A DNA stretch of 62,860 nt, filler included, from Globobulimina sp. (GCA_003354225.1; 52 parts of 52 records of this genome joined end to end with filler, not necessarily neighbours in it), one strand, 5' to 3'; positions 12,932 through 26,647 are shown, counted from the first letter of the whole stretch. The notes: generated by a model from the letters alone, not told the origin. Numbers and translations: made by a program.

Positions 12932-13226
12932 TCACAGACAATCACTTGGATATTTTCCATAATCCGCAAGCAAAATGTTTTGTTCTTTGAATAATCCTTT
13001 TTGTTGCAAACAGTAACTCAGTGCATTAATTACATTGACATCATATTTTATTTTATTATCAGTTATTTCCTTTTGCCAAAATGCCAATGCACCATTCCAA
13101 TCATCGCAAGCATTGCATCCATTAATTAGCAAAACATATGTTTTAATGTTTGCAATTTGACCATATTCGTTTATCATTTCATAAAAGGTTTGTTTTAGCT
13201 TTGAGCCGTTATTAGTTTTGCCAACT
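12932..13226 (-). CDS. pentatricopeptide-repeat (PPR) protein C-terminal fragment
   Basis: Y.MINEYG..NIKTYVLLINGC...DWNGAL and DVNVINALSYCLQQKG match the PPR consensus. Confidence 0.6.
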
Positions 13227-13328
13227 NNNNNNNNNNNNNNNNNNNNNNNNNNNNNNNNNNNNNNNNNNNNTTAATTAATTAANNNNNNNNNNNNNNNNNN
13301 NNNNNNNNNNNNNNNNNNNNNNNNNNAG

Positions 13329-14437
13329 TGCGCTGGGCTCACGAAAGCAGTTGGTGTCTTTTTTGATCTGTCAAAAGCTTTTGATACTGTCCCACATGGT
13401 CGCCTATTGACTACTTTAGAACATGTTTATCAAGTTCCACCTGGTGTTATCACTTGGTTAAAGTCATATCTCAGTGAGAGACATCAACAAGTGCGAGTTG
13501 GAGATATTTTTTCCTCAAAACGACTAGTGATTTCTGGTGTTCCACAAGGTTCAATATTGGGTCCTGTGTTGTTCAATTCATATTGTGCTTCTGTACAACA
13601 ACTCCACCTTTCTAATGGTGCTGTTACCATTGGATATGCTGATGATCTCGTATATTTGAAAAAAGCAACATCAATTTCTGAACAAGAAAATATTGCCAAT
13701 GACATAAATTCCATTTCCACCTGTTACGAATCCCTTGGCCTTAAGCTCAACATATCAAAAACCAAATTCATGGTTTTTACATTGGCTGACACTCCTGTTC
13801 ATTTAGAAATTAAACCAAATCTGGGTGGAAAATTAATTGATCAAGTCCAGACATATAAATATTTGGGAATTTGGTTGGATAAGAAACTTGCGTGGTCCGA
13901 ACATTGCTCTGTTAGTACACTCAAATGCAAACGCGCTATAGGAGCATTCTCCAGATCTTGTCGTCGGTTTGTTCCACATTCTGTCTTTACAAAACTGTAT
14001 CGTCAGACAATACAACCATCTCTTTTGTACAGTATTCCGATTGTATGGCCAGTTTATGAAAAAGACAAAAGAAAGTATGAGTCAGTCAACAAATACGCTG
14101 CTAAACTGGCTTTAAACAACTTTGATCTTTCATATGACATTTTATTACAAAATTTGGGATGGAAGTCGATCGAAAATATTGTGAGAAGCCGAAGATTGGT
14201 ACTTTTTTATAAATACCATAATGGACAAAGGTTTTTACCTGACGGAATTATTAAAAATAGAACTGATGAACGTGTTACAAGGACAACAAGTGAACTTATA
14301 CATCAATATGTGATACCTGTTTATAATAGAGTAAGATGTAACCAAAGTTATTTTCACTTTTCCATACAGTTGTGGAACACTTTACCTGATAATTTGATTG
14401 AATTAGAATTAGACAGTTTTAAGAGTCAAAGCAGTCA
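13329..14437 (+). mobile_element. non-LTR retrotransposon reverse transcriptase (CR1/L2/Jockey-group-like), partial
   Basis: FFDLSKAFDTVPH, SGVPQGSILGPVLF, YADD, YKYLGIWLD, IQLWNTLP; intact frame. Confidence 0.95.
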
Positions 14438-14538
14438 NNNNNNNNNNNNNNNNNNNNNNNNNNNNNNNNNNNNNNNNNNNNTTAATTAATTAANNNNNNN
14501 NNNNNNNNNNNNNNNNNNNNNNNNNNNNNNNNNNNNNT

Positions 14539-15317
14539 ATGTATCGAGGATGTGCCTATCCATTGGACACAGAGAGTAATTTGGTTCGGGTGCCATTCTC
14601 TTTCAACATGGATAATATTCCAACATCAGTGGATTGGAGAACCTCCGGAGCAATCACGCCCGTTAAAGACCAGGGACAATGCGGGTATGTAATGTTCAGT
14701 ATGTTGTCAATTAGCATTAATTGCATTTTTGTGATAGATCTTGTTGGGCCTTTTCAACAACGGGAGTCCTCGAATCAAGTTGGTTTTTGGCAGGACATAG
14801 ACCTTTGGTTCCCTTATCAGAGCAGGATTTGGTGGATTGCGAAACCGATTGTTATGGATGTAATGGAGGATGGCCATATAAGGCAATTGAGTGGGTCGCA
14901 AAACATGGCATTGATACAGGCGAATCTTATCCGTATACATCAGGAATAAGTTCAGGGTCATGTCAACATTCAGAACATGAAGCAGCACATATTCAAGTTT
15001 CGACCTATCAAATGATTGAAAATAGCGAAGCTGTGATGGCCGCATATGTGGCTCAATATGGACCAATCTCGATATCGTTGGACGCAATGACTCAGCTTTG
15101 GTGGCCATATTCAGGCGGTGTGATGGGTGGATGTTGTAATAAAACACCAGATCATGCGGTGTTAATTGTTGGTTACGGATTTACAAATGGAACGGAATAT
15201 TGGTTGATTAAAAATAGTTGGGGCAAATCATGGGGAATTGATGGATATTTATATTTAGAAAAAGGGACTGATCAATGTGGCATCACCGTGCAACCGGTTG
15301 TTCCTCGCATTCCATAA
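14539..15317 (+). CDS. papain-family (C1A) cathepsin L/F-like cysteine protease, 5'-partial; intron 14685-14737
   Basis: [19 protein letters not shown] after splicing, [27 protein letters not shown]. Confidence 0.95.
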
Positions 15318-15369
15318 ACTAATTGTATAATAGATCAACAATCATAAATATTCCGTGTACAACGAGTTT

Positions 15370-15648
15370 TTAATTAAAGACAAATTGATGAGTTTTTTTT
15401 TTATTTTGCTTTACTTTGCCAAATAGATATATGCATAATTGTAATCCAACAACAATCACCACTCCATTCGCAACTATCCCAATCACCCTCAACATATTTA
15501 TCAATCGTTCAAAGTCTTTGGTCTCATTAGTTCGCGGAAATTCATGTGGTGGAATATCAACATCTAAAAATTTACATAACGGTTCCCATCCATCCCGGAC
15601 ATCAAACACTAACAATTTATCACTTGCAATATTATCAATAACCGCTTT
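15370..15648 (-). CDS. sulfotransferase-like (Sulfotransfer_4 family) C-terminal fragment
   Basis: LLVFDVRDGWEPLCKFLDVDIPPHEFPRTN plus C-terminal TM helix. Confidence 0.8.
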   Translation of the reverse strand, partial: KAVIDNIASDKLLVFDVRDGWEPLCKFLDVDIPPHEFPRTNETKDFERLINMLRVIGIVANGVVIVVGLQLCIYLFGKVKQNKKKTHQFVFN

Positions 15649-15748
15649 NNNNNNNNNNNNNNNNNNNNNNNNNNNNNNNNNNNNNNNNNNNNTTAATTAA
15701 TTAANNNNNNNNNNNNNNNNNNNNNNNNNNNNNNNNNNNNNNNNNNNN

Positions 15749-16804
15749 CATGAATGCAACATTACGTTTAATAATAGTAAATTGGATATTAATAACCATG
15801 CAAATGCTGTTTGGATCAGTGCATTTGAGAGACATTTATATGATTTGGAGCGCATATTATATGACAGATTTATTGTAAATTATAACAACACATCATCGCA
15901 TTTTGATAGGTTTGATAAATTTGGTAATGATAAACAAAAATTATACCAACAAAAATCAAACGAAAATGTAGCAAAAATTCGAACTTATGTTGGTAACAAC
16001 GCAGCAAATCATATCACGAACGAATCGCGACATAAATATGAGAGGGATATTTATAAAGGAAAGACAAAGAATGAATTACGAAATGAATATGGCGAGAAAT
16101 GCAAAATTATATTAAATTTATTGCGTAAAATCTTAGAAAATATCATTGCAGAACCATTAAATACCAAATATCGAATATTAAAATGTAATAATAACAAGTT
16201 AAAGTCATTGGTTTTTAGTTATTCTCCGTGTTGTGAGTTTTTAAAAACATGTGATTTTGTGTATGTTTTTGATAAATCCAATGCTGCAAATTGCTGTTAT
16301 AAGTTAATGAATGCAAATAATGCAAAATTAAAGATTGGTGTTGGAGTTTTAAAATATGTGATCCATTCATTTGAACAGAAAGACATAAAACAAGATTATG
16401 AACAAAATAAATGGGAATTAAACCAAGCTTATGTGTGTAATGATAAATCAATATTTAAAGGAAGTTGGTCGTGTAAGAAATGTAACCATTTAAATCGGAA
16501 AACATCCGTTTGTAAGCAATGTAAAACTAAAAAGAAACATTCATTGCTTAAAGAGAAAAAAGAGAGAATGGAAATGGAATTGTCCGTCGAAAGATGGATT
16601 TGTGCAATTTGTGGAAATAGAAATGCGATTCAATTGACACAATGCGACAATTGTAAGCGAACTAAAATTGTTTCTACAAAACAATATGAACAATATCATC
16701 AAAAAGCTAGTTATAAAATTGATGCAAGCAAAAATAATGAAAATGATAAAAATAAAAAAAGTAAAGATGATGATTTGTATTTGCATCATGATGAATGGAT
16801 GTAG
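15749..16804 (+). CDS. PUB domain + two RanBP2/NZF zinc fingers protein (5'-partial)
   Basis: PUB: LLRKILENIIAEPLNTKYRILKCNN; fingers WSCKKCNHLN..CKQC and WICAICGNRN..CDNC. Confidence 0.78.
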   Translation, partial: HECNITFNNSKLDINNHANAVWISAFERHLYDLERILYDRFIVNYNNTSSHFDRFDKFGNDKQKLYQQKSNENVAKIRTYVGNNAANHITNESRHKYERDIYKGKTKNELRNEYGEKCKIILNLLRKILENIIAEPLNTKYRILKCNNNKLKSLVFSYSPCCEFLKTCDFVYVFDKSNAANCCYKLMNANNAKLKIGVGVLKYVIHSFEQKDIKQDYEQNKWELNQAYVCNDKSIFKGSWSCKKCNHLNRKTSVCKQCKTKKKHSLLKEKKERMEMELSVERWICAICGNRNAIQLTQCDNCKRTKIVSTKQYEQYHQKASYKIDASKNNENDKNKKSKDDDLYLHHDEWM

Positions 16805-17146
16805 TTATTCTAGCATTTTTTAATAATTTATTTTTTTATTTCTGTCATTTTCTTCATATNNNNNNNNNNNNNNNNNNNNNNNNNNNNNNNNNNNNNNNNN
16901 NNNTTAATTAATTAANNNNNNNNNNNNNNNNNNNNNNNNNNNNNNNNNNNNNNNNNNNNAAATTGTTTTTTGTGATGAGATTAATTAAATTTTTTTGTTT
17001 CGTTAATGGAAAGAGTCAGAACAGTAATTTCCGATTCAACTCATCGTACATACAACAAATATAAGATGTATATCGTTTCTGTAGAAACGTGTTTGCTGCC
17101 GCTGTTTTTAAACTTAATATCTAATTATCTAAAAACTTCAGTGAGT

Positions 17147-18070
17147 ATGAATCGTGGAGCAAGAAGACATCGACATTCTCGTTCTAGATCCTCTTCAAAG
17201 TCACGCTCACGTTCCAGAGATGATCGTACAAAATCAAACAGAAATAGTAATGAGAAACGCTCCACAAAACGGCACAAAACACACCGATCAAAACATAAAA
17301 ATAAACGACATCATCATAAATCACATTCACCCAAAAAATCAATTATCAAATCAGAAGACAATAAACTTAAGTTTGAAGACAAGAAATCGGTAAAGTTTGA
17401 TGAAACTGCAAACAACGACACAGAGAATGATAAAGAAGACAAAAAAAAGGAAGATTTCAATGCATCGGGAGCATTAAAACGTGACTTAGAAACCACAAAA
17501 AACGGAGTTGTTTTAAAATACAATGAACCGCCAGAAGGCACATCATCTACACATAGAAAATGGAGATTATACGTTTATAAAAATGATGAACAAATTAATT
17601 TATTTTATCTGCATAGAAAGTCATTTTATTTAATTGGCAGAGACCACAGAGTTTAGTTGTTTTTGTGTCATAAATAATTGTGAATGGAGCGAGGATATAA
17701 TTCATATATAAATAATAATAAATAGGTAACAGATATATTATGTAGACATATTTCTATATCCTCTCAACATGCAGTGATTCAATATCGGAGAGTAAAATCA
17801 AGCGATAATGGATGCATTGTTAAACCATATATAATGGATTTGAAATCCAGGCATGGGACATATTTAATGGGCGATAAAATTGAGCCGCACAGATTTTATG
17901 AATTGTTGCCGAAGGATAAGATACAATTTGGAAGGTCTACCCGTGAATATATTGTGTTGGCAGATGATTCGAATGAAAAGGATGTTACGCATAAATCGGA
18001 GATTCATATAAGTGATGATGATGATGGTGGTAAAAACATACAACAGGAACAGGAGAAATATAACATATGG
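17147..18070 (+). CDS. SNIP1: FHA-domain protein SNIP1/DAWDLE/Pml1 (RES complex); intron 17651-17725
   Basis: RS-rich N-terminus, DFNASGAL, NGVVLKYNEPPE, WRLYVYK, YLIGRD, SISSQHAVIQYR, KPYIMDL, FGRSTREY. Confidence 0.92.
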
Positions 18071-18887
18071 NNNNNNNNNNNNNNNNNNNNNNNNNNNNNN
18101 NNNNNNNNNNNNNNTTAATTAATTAANNNNNNNNNNNNNNNNNNNNNNNNNNNNNNNNNNNNNNNNNNNNATTACAAAATATAGAAAATAGCAACAATAT
18201 TAATATGAATAATATTAATACTAATGCAATTCAACAAAAACGTCAACTCTTAAAACAATCGATTGAACAAAAAATTCGATCATTGGTTGACAATTTAACC
18301 GCAAAAGTCCTAAATCAACAAAATAGCAATGCTTCAAATATAAAAAACGATATAATTCACGCCCAACACGTTATTAATAACTCTTTTGATTTATTAAATT
18401 GAACTATTCTTTACACTCATATGCATCATATAAGTTGTTAATTGTCAACGAAACATTAATGTCATTCTAATTAAATTTTCCGGTCATATTGAATATTTTA
18501 CAATCAATGGATTACATGTCTTAAATAAGCCGAGTTTTGAGGTTTATAAAGCAAAGTTATGAGACTCAAATCACTCAATTGATAGCTAACAAATTTCGAA
18601 TGTCAAATGACTCAAATCTCCCATGAGGTTTCTCTATGTTTTTCCCCATATATTGCTCAGCATTAAAATGGTCTGTATATTAGTGGCTTGCGACAGAATT
18701 GATTGTTGGTTGTTTTCTTCTTTTAAAGTGTAAATTCTAGACCCAACACTACAGATACACTGATACAGCAGTCACACTATTGAGCTAATTTTAATTTTGG
18801 TGATCGGATTTTAACCCATTACAATAATTATTTTTATATTGGGAAAATATACTTTTTTTTTCCCACAGGAAACACAAAAAAAAAATA

Positions 18888-18960
18888 TGGAGTACCCGGG
18901 TTTCGATCCCGGTGCCTTAACGTTGCGAACGTTACGCGCTTCCGATTGCGCCAGTACCCC
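18888..18960 (-). tRNA. tRNA-Ala (anticodon CGC), eukaryotic
   Basis: Cloverleaf GGGGTAC/GTACTCC-A with G3:U70, D stem GCGC, anticodon arm TAACG-TTCGCAA-CGTTA, T arm CCGGG-ATCGAAA-CCCGG; oligo-T Pol III terminator just downstream. Confidence 0.95.
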
Positions 18961-19381
18961 CATAATATTTCATTGTATGAATGTACCATTTATATGTGAC
19001 ATATAAACTTCATGTTTATTACCTCATGAAATTATGGGAATAGTCATGAATATTGTTTACACAGAGAATGTGTAATGTGTAATGTGTGATCGATATCTAA
19101 ATATAATTTTGTTTTTATTTTACTTTTGATGTTTTAAAAAGTGTTTTGTATACAAAGTACAAACAGTTTCTAATCGATACGATAAGATGAGACGAACATT
19201 TACTTAAGCTTTTTCTCTAACAATTCACAGATGATTAAAAAAAGTTGATCATGAGCAAAATCAAGGTCAAATAGGAAAACTNNNNNNNNNNNNNNNNNNN
19301 NNNNNNNNNNNNNNNNNNNNNNNNNTTAATTAATTAANNNNNNNNNNNNNNNNNNNNNNNNNNNNNNNNNNNNNNNNNNNN

Positions 19382-19794
19382 TCACCAAACGAATGGAATC
19401 TGGCTCGAAAGTTCTAGTGGCAACAATGCGGACAAATGCTGTGTTGGGCTCAGTGTCTACGATGTCGACTGTTATGGTCTGGTTTATTTTAATATTATGC
19501 GGCGGCTCCATGCCAATGATTTATATAACTGTAGATTGCGTAATATCCAGTGTTTGTTTTTTATTATTATTTCAATGGAATCAACAGTTCCGAGATAAAT
19601 TATGTTTTGGTTGTTCGAAATGGATGAAAGTAGAAACTGATTCGGATATGTTAGAACCACAAAGTGCACAAACATCAAAGGATACGAATAGTACAAATAG
19701 TACGGAAGTTACGATGGCAGAGCAGACAAAAGATGATGTTCCTTCTGATTCAGGTTTTGAGGCTAGTGGAAAAGTTGAATTTGTATTGGATTAA
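19382..19794 (+). CDS. multi-pass membrane protein C-terminus (7TM-like)
   Basis: Two hydrophobic helices, then a Cys-containing helix-8-like segment and polar tail. Confidence 0.45.
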
Positions 19795-20107
19795 AAATAT
19801 CAAAATTATGTTTTTATTTTATGACTCACATTGCATAATTTTGTAGAATTTTGCATGACTCACCATATCAATTTTAATTTTGTTTATAATATATTAGTAT
19901 AATTATCAATTGTTTTTTTGCTTGAAATTATTAATATTCTGAAATCAATCTAGTTTAATTTGTTTGCACCAACATATACAAGTAATTACTTACGTAATTT
20001 GGGTCTTTGATAATAATTTGGGTCTTTGATCCAAATTTTTGATGTACATTATAAGTCTTGCGAGTACAACCCACTGTTTCTATGAAAAGAACCAAACGCA
20101 CTTGAAG

Positions 20108-20176
20108 AAATCTTAATATCAGGGTGCAAGGATAGATTTTCTTGAACAAATCTATAGAACCCTGATATTAAGATTT
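20108..20176. repeat. inverted repeat/hairpin (18-bp perfect arms + 8-bp inner stem)
   Basis: aaatcttaatatcagggt (20108-20125) pairs with accctgatattaagattt (20159-20176); atagattt/aaatctat inside. Confidence 0.85.
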
Positions 20177-20205
20177 TCTTGAAGTGAGCTAGTCATCGCT
20201 TAAGC

Positions 20206-20492
20206 ATGTCAGAAGGTCCAACAACAAAGTTACTGGAGCAACAGCTCGAAAATCCGCATTCTGTGAATATACCACCACCAGCAATCAACAAAAACAATAA
20301 AAAACCACAAACACAAACACAAAAATGCATGTGTTTAACATGCAGGGAATGTACATGTTGTATTATTGGATCGTTCCTATCATTGATGATTTGCATAACC
20401 TGTATATTCATATTCATTGTGGTGAGTAGTAAATCAATATCAACAGAACCATTGGGCCAACCATCCTCTTTAACATTTGTTAATTCGACCAT
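20206..20492 (+). CDS. type II membrane protein N-terminus
   Basis: ATG, Cys-rich juxtamembrane segment, one TM helix. Confidence 0.45.
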
Positions 20493-20740
20493 NNNNNNNN
20501 NNNNNNNNNNNNNNNNNNNNNNNNNNNNNNNNNNNNTTAATTAATTAANNNNNNNNNNNNNNNNNNNNNNNNNNNNNNNNNNNNNNNNNNNNTTGTTGCT
20601 CTTTCATATTTGACTAACTACCGGCTACAGAGTCAAAGTAACGGAGTTTCGCAGTTTTGTATTGGTAAAATTCTGTGTCATCAAAACATTTACTTACCAT
20701 TCTCTCTTTACTTACCACACACAAACAAACAAACAGAAAC

Positions 20741-21407
<667 letters not shown>

Positions 21408-21862
21408 ATATGTTATAATAATACCACATCATAGTGATCGACCTTGATCTGGATGTAAGAAATGAAATTAATTTTCTTTTTTATCTCTTGTTTCTGGTCG
21501 TTTGTCATCATGCATAATTAAATTTAATTTCAGTCCCTTTTTTTTTGGTTTTTATTCGCTGAATTCAAACGCTCGTCACTCGCATTCATGTTGCGTTTTT
21601 ATTTAAGATTTCAGCTAAAGTTTTTCAGAGTTTTCAAGTTTTTGAATAATGCAAAAAGTATTTTTCTTTTTCTAAGCTGTAATTCAAACATGACCACTCG
21701 TACNNNNNNNNNNNNNNNNNNNNNNNNNNNNNNNNNNNNNNNNNNNNTTAATTAATTAANNNNNNNNNNNNNNNNNNNNNNNNNNNNNNNNNNNNNNNNN
21801 NNNTGACATGTGCTCCATTCTATAAATATATTAGTACAACTAATATATATATTAGTACTAAT

Positions 21863-22141
21863 ATGCGTACCTCTTATCGGGAACACTACTGTAACAATAA
21901 TATATTCAATGATAAAGTGGATGAATTAGCTAATTTTGCAGCTAAACATACAAAATATAATCCAGAAAGATTCAACGAAATTACATATAACACCACAGTC
22001 ACTCAATTACATAACCAAATAAATTACAAATGGAGCCAGTCCTGGAAACAAAGGAATACACAAAGACACCAAGACAGCTACCAAATGTACGTCAGTACAC
22101 CACTTTCTAAAATATCTTATATTTTTACCTTTGTTCATTAG
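21863..22141 (+). mobile_element. retroelement RNase H C-terminal remnant
   Basis: NDKVDELANFAA ... INYKWSQSW resembles the NE.AD.LAK.A / W...W end of LINE RNase H. Confidence 0.5.
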
Positions 22142-22680
22142 GCCTCTCCGATAAGTACTGATTTTTTAAAAACGCTGTCAAACAGCTCTTAAATTTTCTG
22201 TTGTACGTTGAGCTGCTCACAAGAACCTGAAACGAATAATAAGCGTGTCGACCGCAGTAAAAGTGATTTCAAGATTTCAGATTTCAGGAATTTTTTTGCA
22301 ACACAAATTCTGACTTGTGATGATCATATATAATACAAAAATTCAAAATTGATTTGTTGAATCATTTTTGTCGTATCGAATGCATTTTTGTCCTCCGTAC
22401 ACATGAATGCATAAATATCTTAATAATAGTTTATAGATAGATTATGACACTGTATTAACAAATAAAATCGGTGCCATAAAATCTTTTTGTTCACACAGGA
22501 TCAGAAAATCCGAATCAAATTTTAAATTTAATATAGCAATCAGTTGATAATAGCAATCAATCAAAATATGATGGTTTTATGTATGGATTTAATTACTTTC
22601 CCCGTACTTGGATTAGAGGGATTATGTTTTAGATTATCCTCGCACGCCAGCTAGAGAGATGGTGATAACAATATAGGATC

Positions 22681-22729
22681 GAGCCTACACAAGTTAATTA
22701 GTCACTATGTGACTATTTAGTGACTATTT
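22681..22729 (+). repeat. interspersed repeat shared with 42548-42597
   Basis: gagcctacacaagttaattagtca...ctatttagtgactattt occurs near-identically in two different contigs. Confidence 0.8.
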
Positions 22730-23016
22730 GTGACTTTTTAGTGACAAAAATGAAAATGAGCAACGTACTATTTAGTAACTATTTCAATAACGAAAATATG
22801 GGAAGGAAAATAGGTTAATAATAAAATGTTAAAGGTAACATTTAACTTTTTGCTTTTCAGTTTGAAATTACTGTTTTTACTGTAAACTCTTTGAATTTAC
22901 AGTTTTTTACAGATNNNNNNNNNNNNNNNNNNNNNNNNNNNNNNNNNNNNNNNNNNNNTTAATTAATTAANNNNNNNNNNNNNNNNNNNNNNNNNNNNNN
23001 NNNNNNNNNNNNNNCG

Positions 23017-23898
23017 GAGATCGAGGAAAAAAAAGGGGATGGGACAGAGGAGGAACCAGATGAGGATGAAAAGGCTGTAATTGTATTAACACAAAAATTA
23101 AAACAAGAAACAAACAAAGTATCAAAGACAAAAAAAGCCTTTTTACGCATGACAACATTCTCAAATAATGATAAATATCGATGGCTTCACTCGGAAGAAG
23201 ACGATGAGAAAAAGTTGAATAAGTCGCAGTGTGTATTGGTCGTTAAACAGAATCCAATTTGGGTGAAATTACAAAATGGTAAAATTAAAAAGAATGTGTC
23301 GAGCAATTTGTTATCATTATCACCGTTAATTGATGGCGATGGTAGTGATGATATTAATCAGTATAATCAACACTTCTTTCCATATTTTTTAAATGAACTT
23401 AAATTATTGCCAATAACTGATGGCATTGAATGGAAAGTCGTTGCAGCGAGTCATAGAATGGAGAAAGCACAAAGATTATCGTCCAAACAAACAGAGAATG
23501 CTTATTGGAGTGCAGAGAAAGCGCGTTAAGTCTATGTTTACTTAAATTGTGTGAAATTGATGATATATGTTTGTTATTCACCAGTTCCTCAATGGTTTGT
23601 TGTTGAGGCTGATATTCCTGTATTGGTTGCACATTTTGAATGCAAGAATTACTATGATGACCATGATACCATCAAGGAATTTAAATTACAAGTCTCAAAC
23701 ATATTGGATGGATATAATAAAGATAATAATAATTGGATTGATGTACAATCGTTTACCAGTAAGAAAAGTACAGAGTGGCAATCATTTGCTGTATCCATTA
23801 ATAAAAATACACAAAGATCCAGATATTGGAGATTTTTTGTAGTGAGTACTTATGGGAGATATACCTGTTTGGCTTATTTAAAATTGACATTTCTGTGA
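23017..23898 (+). CDS. protein with C-terminal F5/8 type C (discoidin/galactose-binding) domain; intron 23525-23584
   Basis: WKVVAAS...AYWSA..LPQWF...IKEFKLQVS...NWIDV...SRYWRFFVVSTYG. Confidence 0.75.
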
Positions 23899-24939
23899 GT
23901 TTTGTATATTCGTTGCTAGTTGTAATCTATAAATATACTGCTTGATATTAATAATGCTTATGATGATTGCTCGAATATATGGCAATATGCAAAAATAAAA
24001 TGTTGTATACCGTATAATTAACATTTCATATTTCATCATGCATCAAAAAAGCTTTTTTTAACATATATAAAATGTTATCTTTTAACGATATACGCTTTAT
24101 TCAATTTGTTACTGTTTCAAATGGANNNNNNNNNNNNNNNNNNNNNNNNNNNNNNNNNNNNNNNNNNNNTTAATTAATTAANNNNNNNNNNNNNNNNNNN
24201 NNNNNNNNNNNNNNNNNNNNNNNNNAATATGTCACTTTGGCGTTTATTGCCTCGTTTCTTTGAAAATAGAAACTGCGCCCGTGCCGAAACTTGAACCAAG
24301 CATTACCATAAATATGGGGCCCCCTCAAGTCTTTATGATTATTAAAAAATACAAGTGACGCCCGAAACATAATATCGTGAGTCTTTGCAGTACTTGCGCA
24401 TAAAACTTGCGCATATGGGGCCCCCCTACAGTCATTCTGCATCAAATAGAAACGACTATACTTATGGTGGTAGTGTTCTCGTCTTGCTCAGCATGAGCTA
24501 AGCCGAATAGGGCATTATTTGATGTTTTTCAATAACTTCGTATGAGCTGGCATTTTCAATAAACATAAATATCATTGTGTCATATACAATACGATCATAT
24601 AGTTCTTTGGTGTGATTTGATGGCCTGCATCTATACTGTGTAAACAATACTGATTTATAAAATGAGTTTCATGCAAAAATGTAAAGTTTTTAACATTTCT
24701 GACCGAAAGGTTCATGTTTTAAGTGAAATTTCTACAATAAAACAAGTGGCACAGGAAATTGCCAATATCAGAAATGATCAAGTAAGCAAAGTCTATTAAA
24801 TTTATCGATGATAATGGTGCTAATGATTTGAATACGAAAATGTTAGATTTAGCTATTGTTTTCTGCGCCCTTTGACAAGTTTTTTCAAACTCACCTATTT
24901 TTCCTCTCAAACGGGCTTCAAATCTTCTACTTATATGCT

Positions 24940-25280
24940 GATAGACATTGATAGCTGTATCGATCGAAAGCTGGTGGCCTTCCGAGTTAAACGCAACTAA
25001 TATTTTATTTAAATTATAGCTAATACTCGATTCATAATTGACAATTTTCGATATTTTCAAATAATTAACGATACACATCGATACGAATAGCGATCGATAG
25101 CTAATCGTCTCGCGAGTCAAACGCGAACAATATAGTAATTAAATCGGTCATTTTCGATATTTTCGAAAAATTATCGCTAGACGTTGATACCTACACACCC
25201 TACCTACGTCGATCGAAAGCTAATTGTCTCGCGAATTAAACGGATCAAAAAGTTAATTAAATTTTCGATAGTTGAAAAAC
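24940..25280. repeat. degenerate ~100-120 bp tandem repeat, about 3 units
   Basis: Recurring ttttcgatattttc...gatcga(t/a)agct...cgcga(g/a)t(c/t)aaacg blocks. Confidence 0.6.
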
Positions 25281-25438
25281 TAGTATTCGATGAATAATTT
25301 ACCAATAATAATAATTTACCAATAATAATAATAACANNNNNNNNNNNNNNNNNNNNNNNNNNNNNNNNNNNNNNNNNNNNTTAATTAATTAANNNNNNNN
25401 NNNNNNNNNNNNNNNNNNNNNNNNNNNNNNNNNNNNGC

Positions 25439-26278
25439 ATTGCAGGTTTGCTGTACATAAATATATATAAAATCATGTTTTTTGACAGTAAAAATATGAC
25501 AGGAAATTATTATCCATCGTCTGGTGCGACGTACATAGAGGATATGAGTTAAGATATTATGTTTAGTACCATTGTGAACCAAGGACATGGTGTGGCGTCT
25601 TTGCGTGATGGCGAGTTCGAAATGATGCTACAACGGAGGTGTTTGCAGGATGATAGCCGCGGTGTGGCGGAGGTATTGAATGCAACGTATCACACACAGC
25701 CACAGGTTATGATTGTGATGGATACTGCAGAGAATACGGCCAATTTGAATCGAAGATATTACCAAATACAACAGTTTCAACATTCCTATTTTTTCACCAC
25801 TACCAACAGCATTGATGAGTATGTGGCGGCATTTAATACTTCGTGGGGTGCTATGGCGAATGATGTGGCTTTGCCGGGCAATTTATTTTTGATGCAACTC
25901 AGATATGCATATTCTGGAAGTAAACTGGGTGCGAATGGTGCCATGATTATGCAAATACAAAATATGTTTGAAACTGGTGAATCGTCGATGGCGGTGCCGG
26001 CAAATATTGATTTGTCGACTTTGTTCAGGCCGCAAGTGTTGAGGTATTTAAATAGTACGGAAATGAACTTATTGGCTTCCATTCCATTGGCGAATTTGGA
26101 AAAGTTAGCATGGAATATTGCCACGGATGAGGATGTTGTTACGATTCGAGATGAGAAATCTGAAAATAAACGAAGGAGATTGCAGAAAATAGCGGATCGA
26201 GATCCAAATATACAATTAAAACCAAGAGATATTAAAACATTTGTACTTAATGTTGATGCTGATGTACCAACTCAATAA
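25439..26278 (+). CDS. GH38 lysosomal alpha-mannosidase C-terminal region; intron 25446-25502; in-frame TAA at 25550-25552
   Basis: IAG|NYYP after splicing, GVASLRDGEFEMMLQRRCLQDDSRGVAEVLN, IQLKPRDIKTF. Confidence 0.88.
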
Positions 26279-26647
26279 TACATTTGTTTTTGTTTTGTAA
26301 TTATTAATAACTTATATTATATTATTAATTTATAAACCATTGGATTGCCCTCTAGCTCGTTTTCAGAAACGCTGTTTGTATACAATTTATGCTTCACTCC
26401 GAATATCACATTCATGAAACGATACATATGCGCATGTTATTGATATTGTAGTAGGTCGAGCCTGGTTCTAGGGTTGAACTAAGGGTTTTTAAGTAAAGTT
26501 TTAAAGTAAGGAGTACCTAATAAGTTAGATACAATAAATCAAGAGGANNNNNNNNNNNNNNNNNNNNNNNNNNNNNNNNNNNNNNNNNNNNTTAATTAAT
26601 TAANNNNNNNNNNNNNNNNNNNNNNNNNNNNNNNNNNNNNNNNNNNN

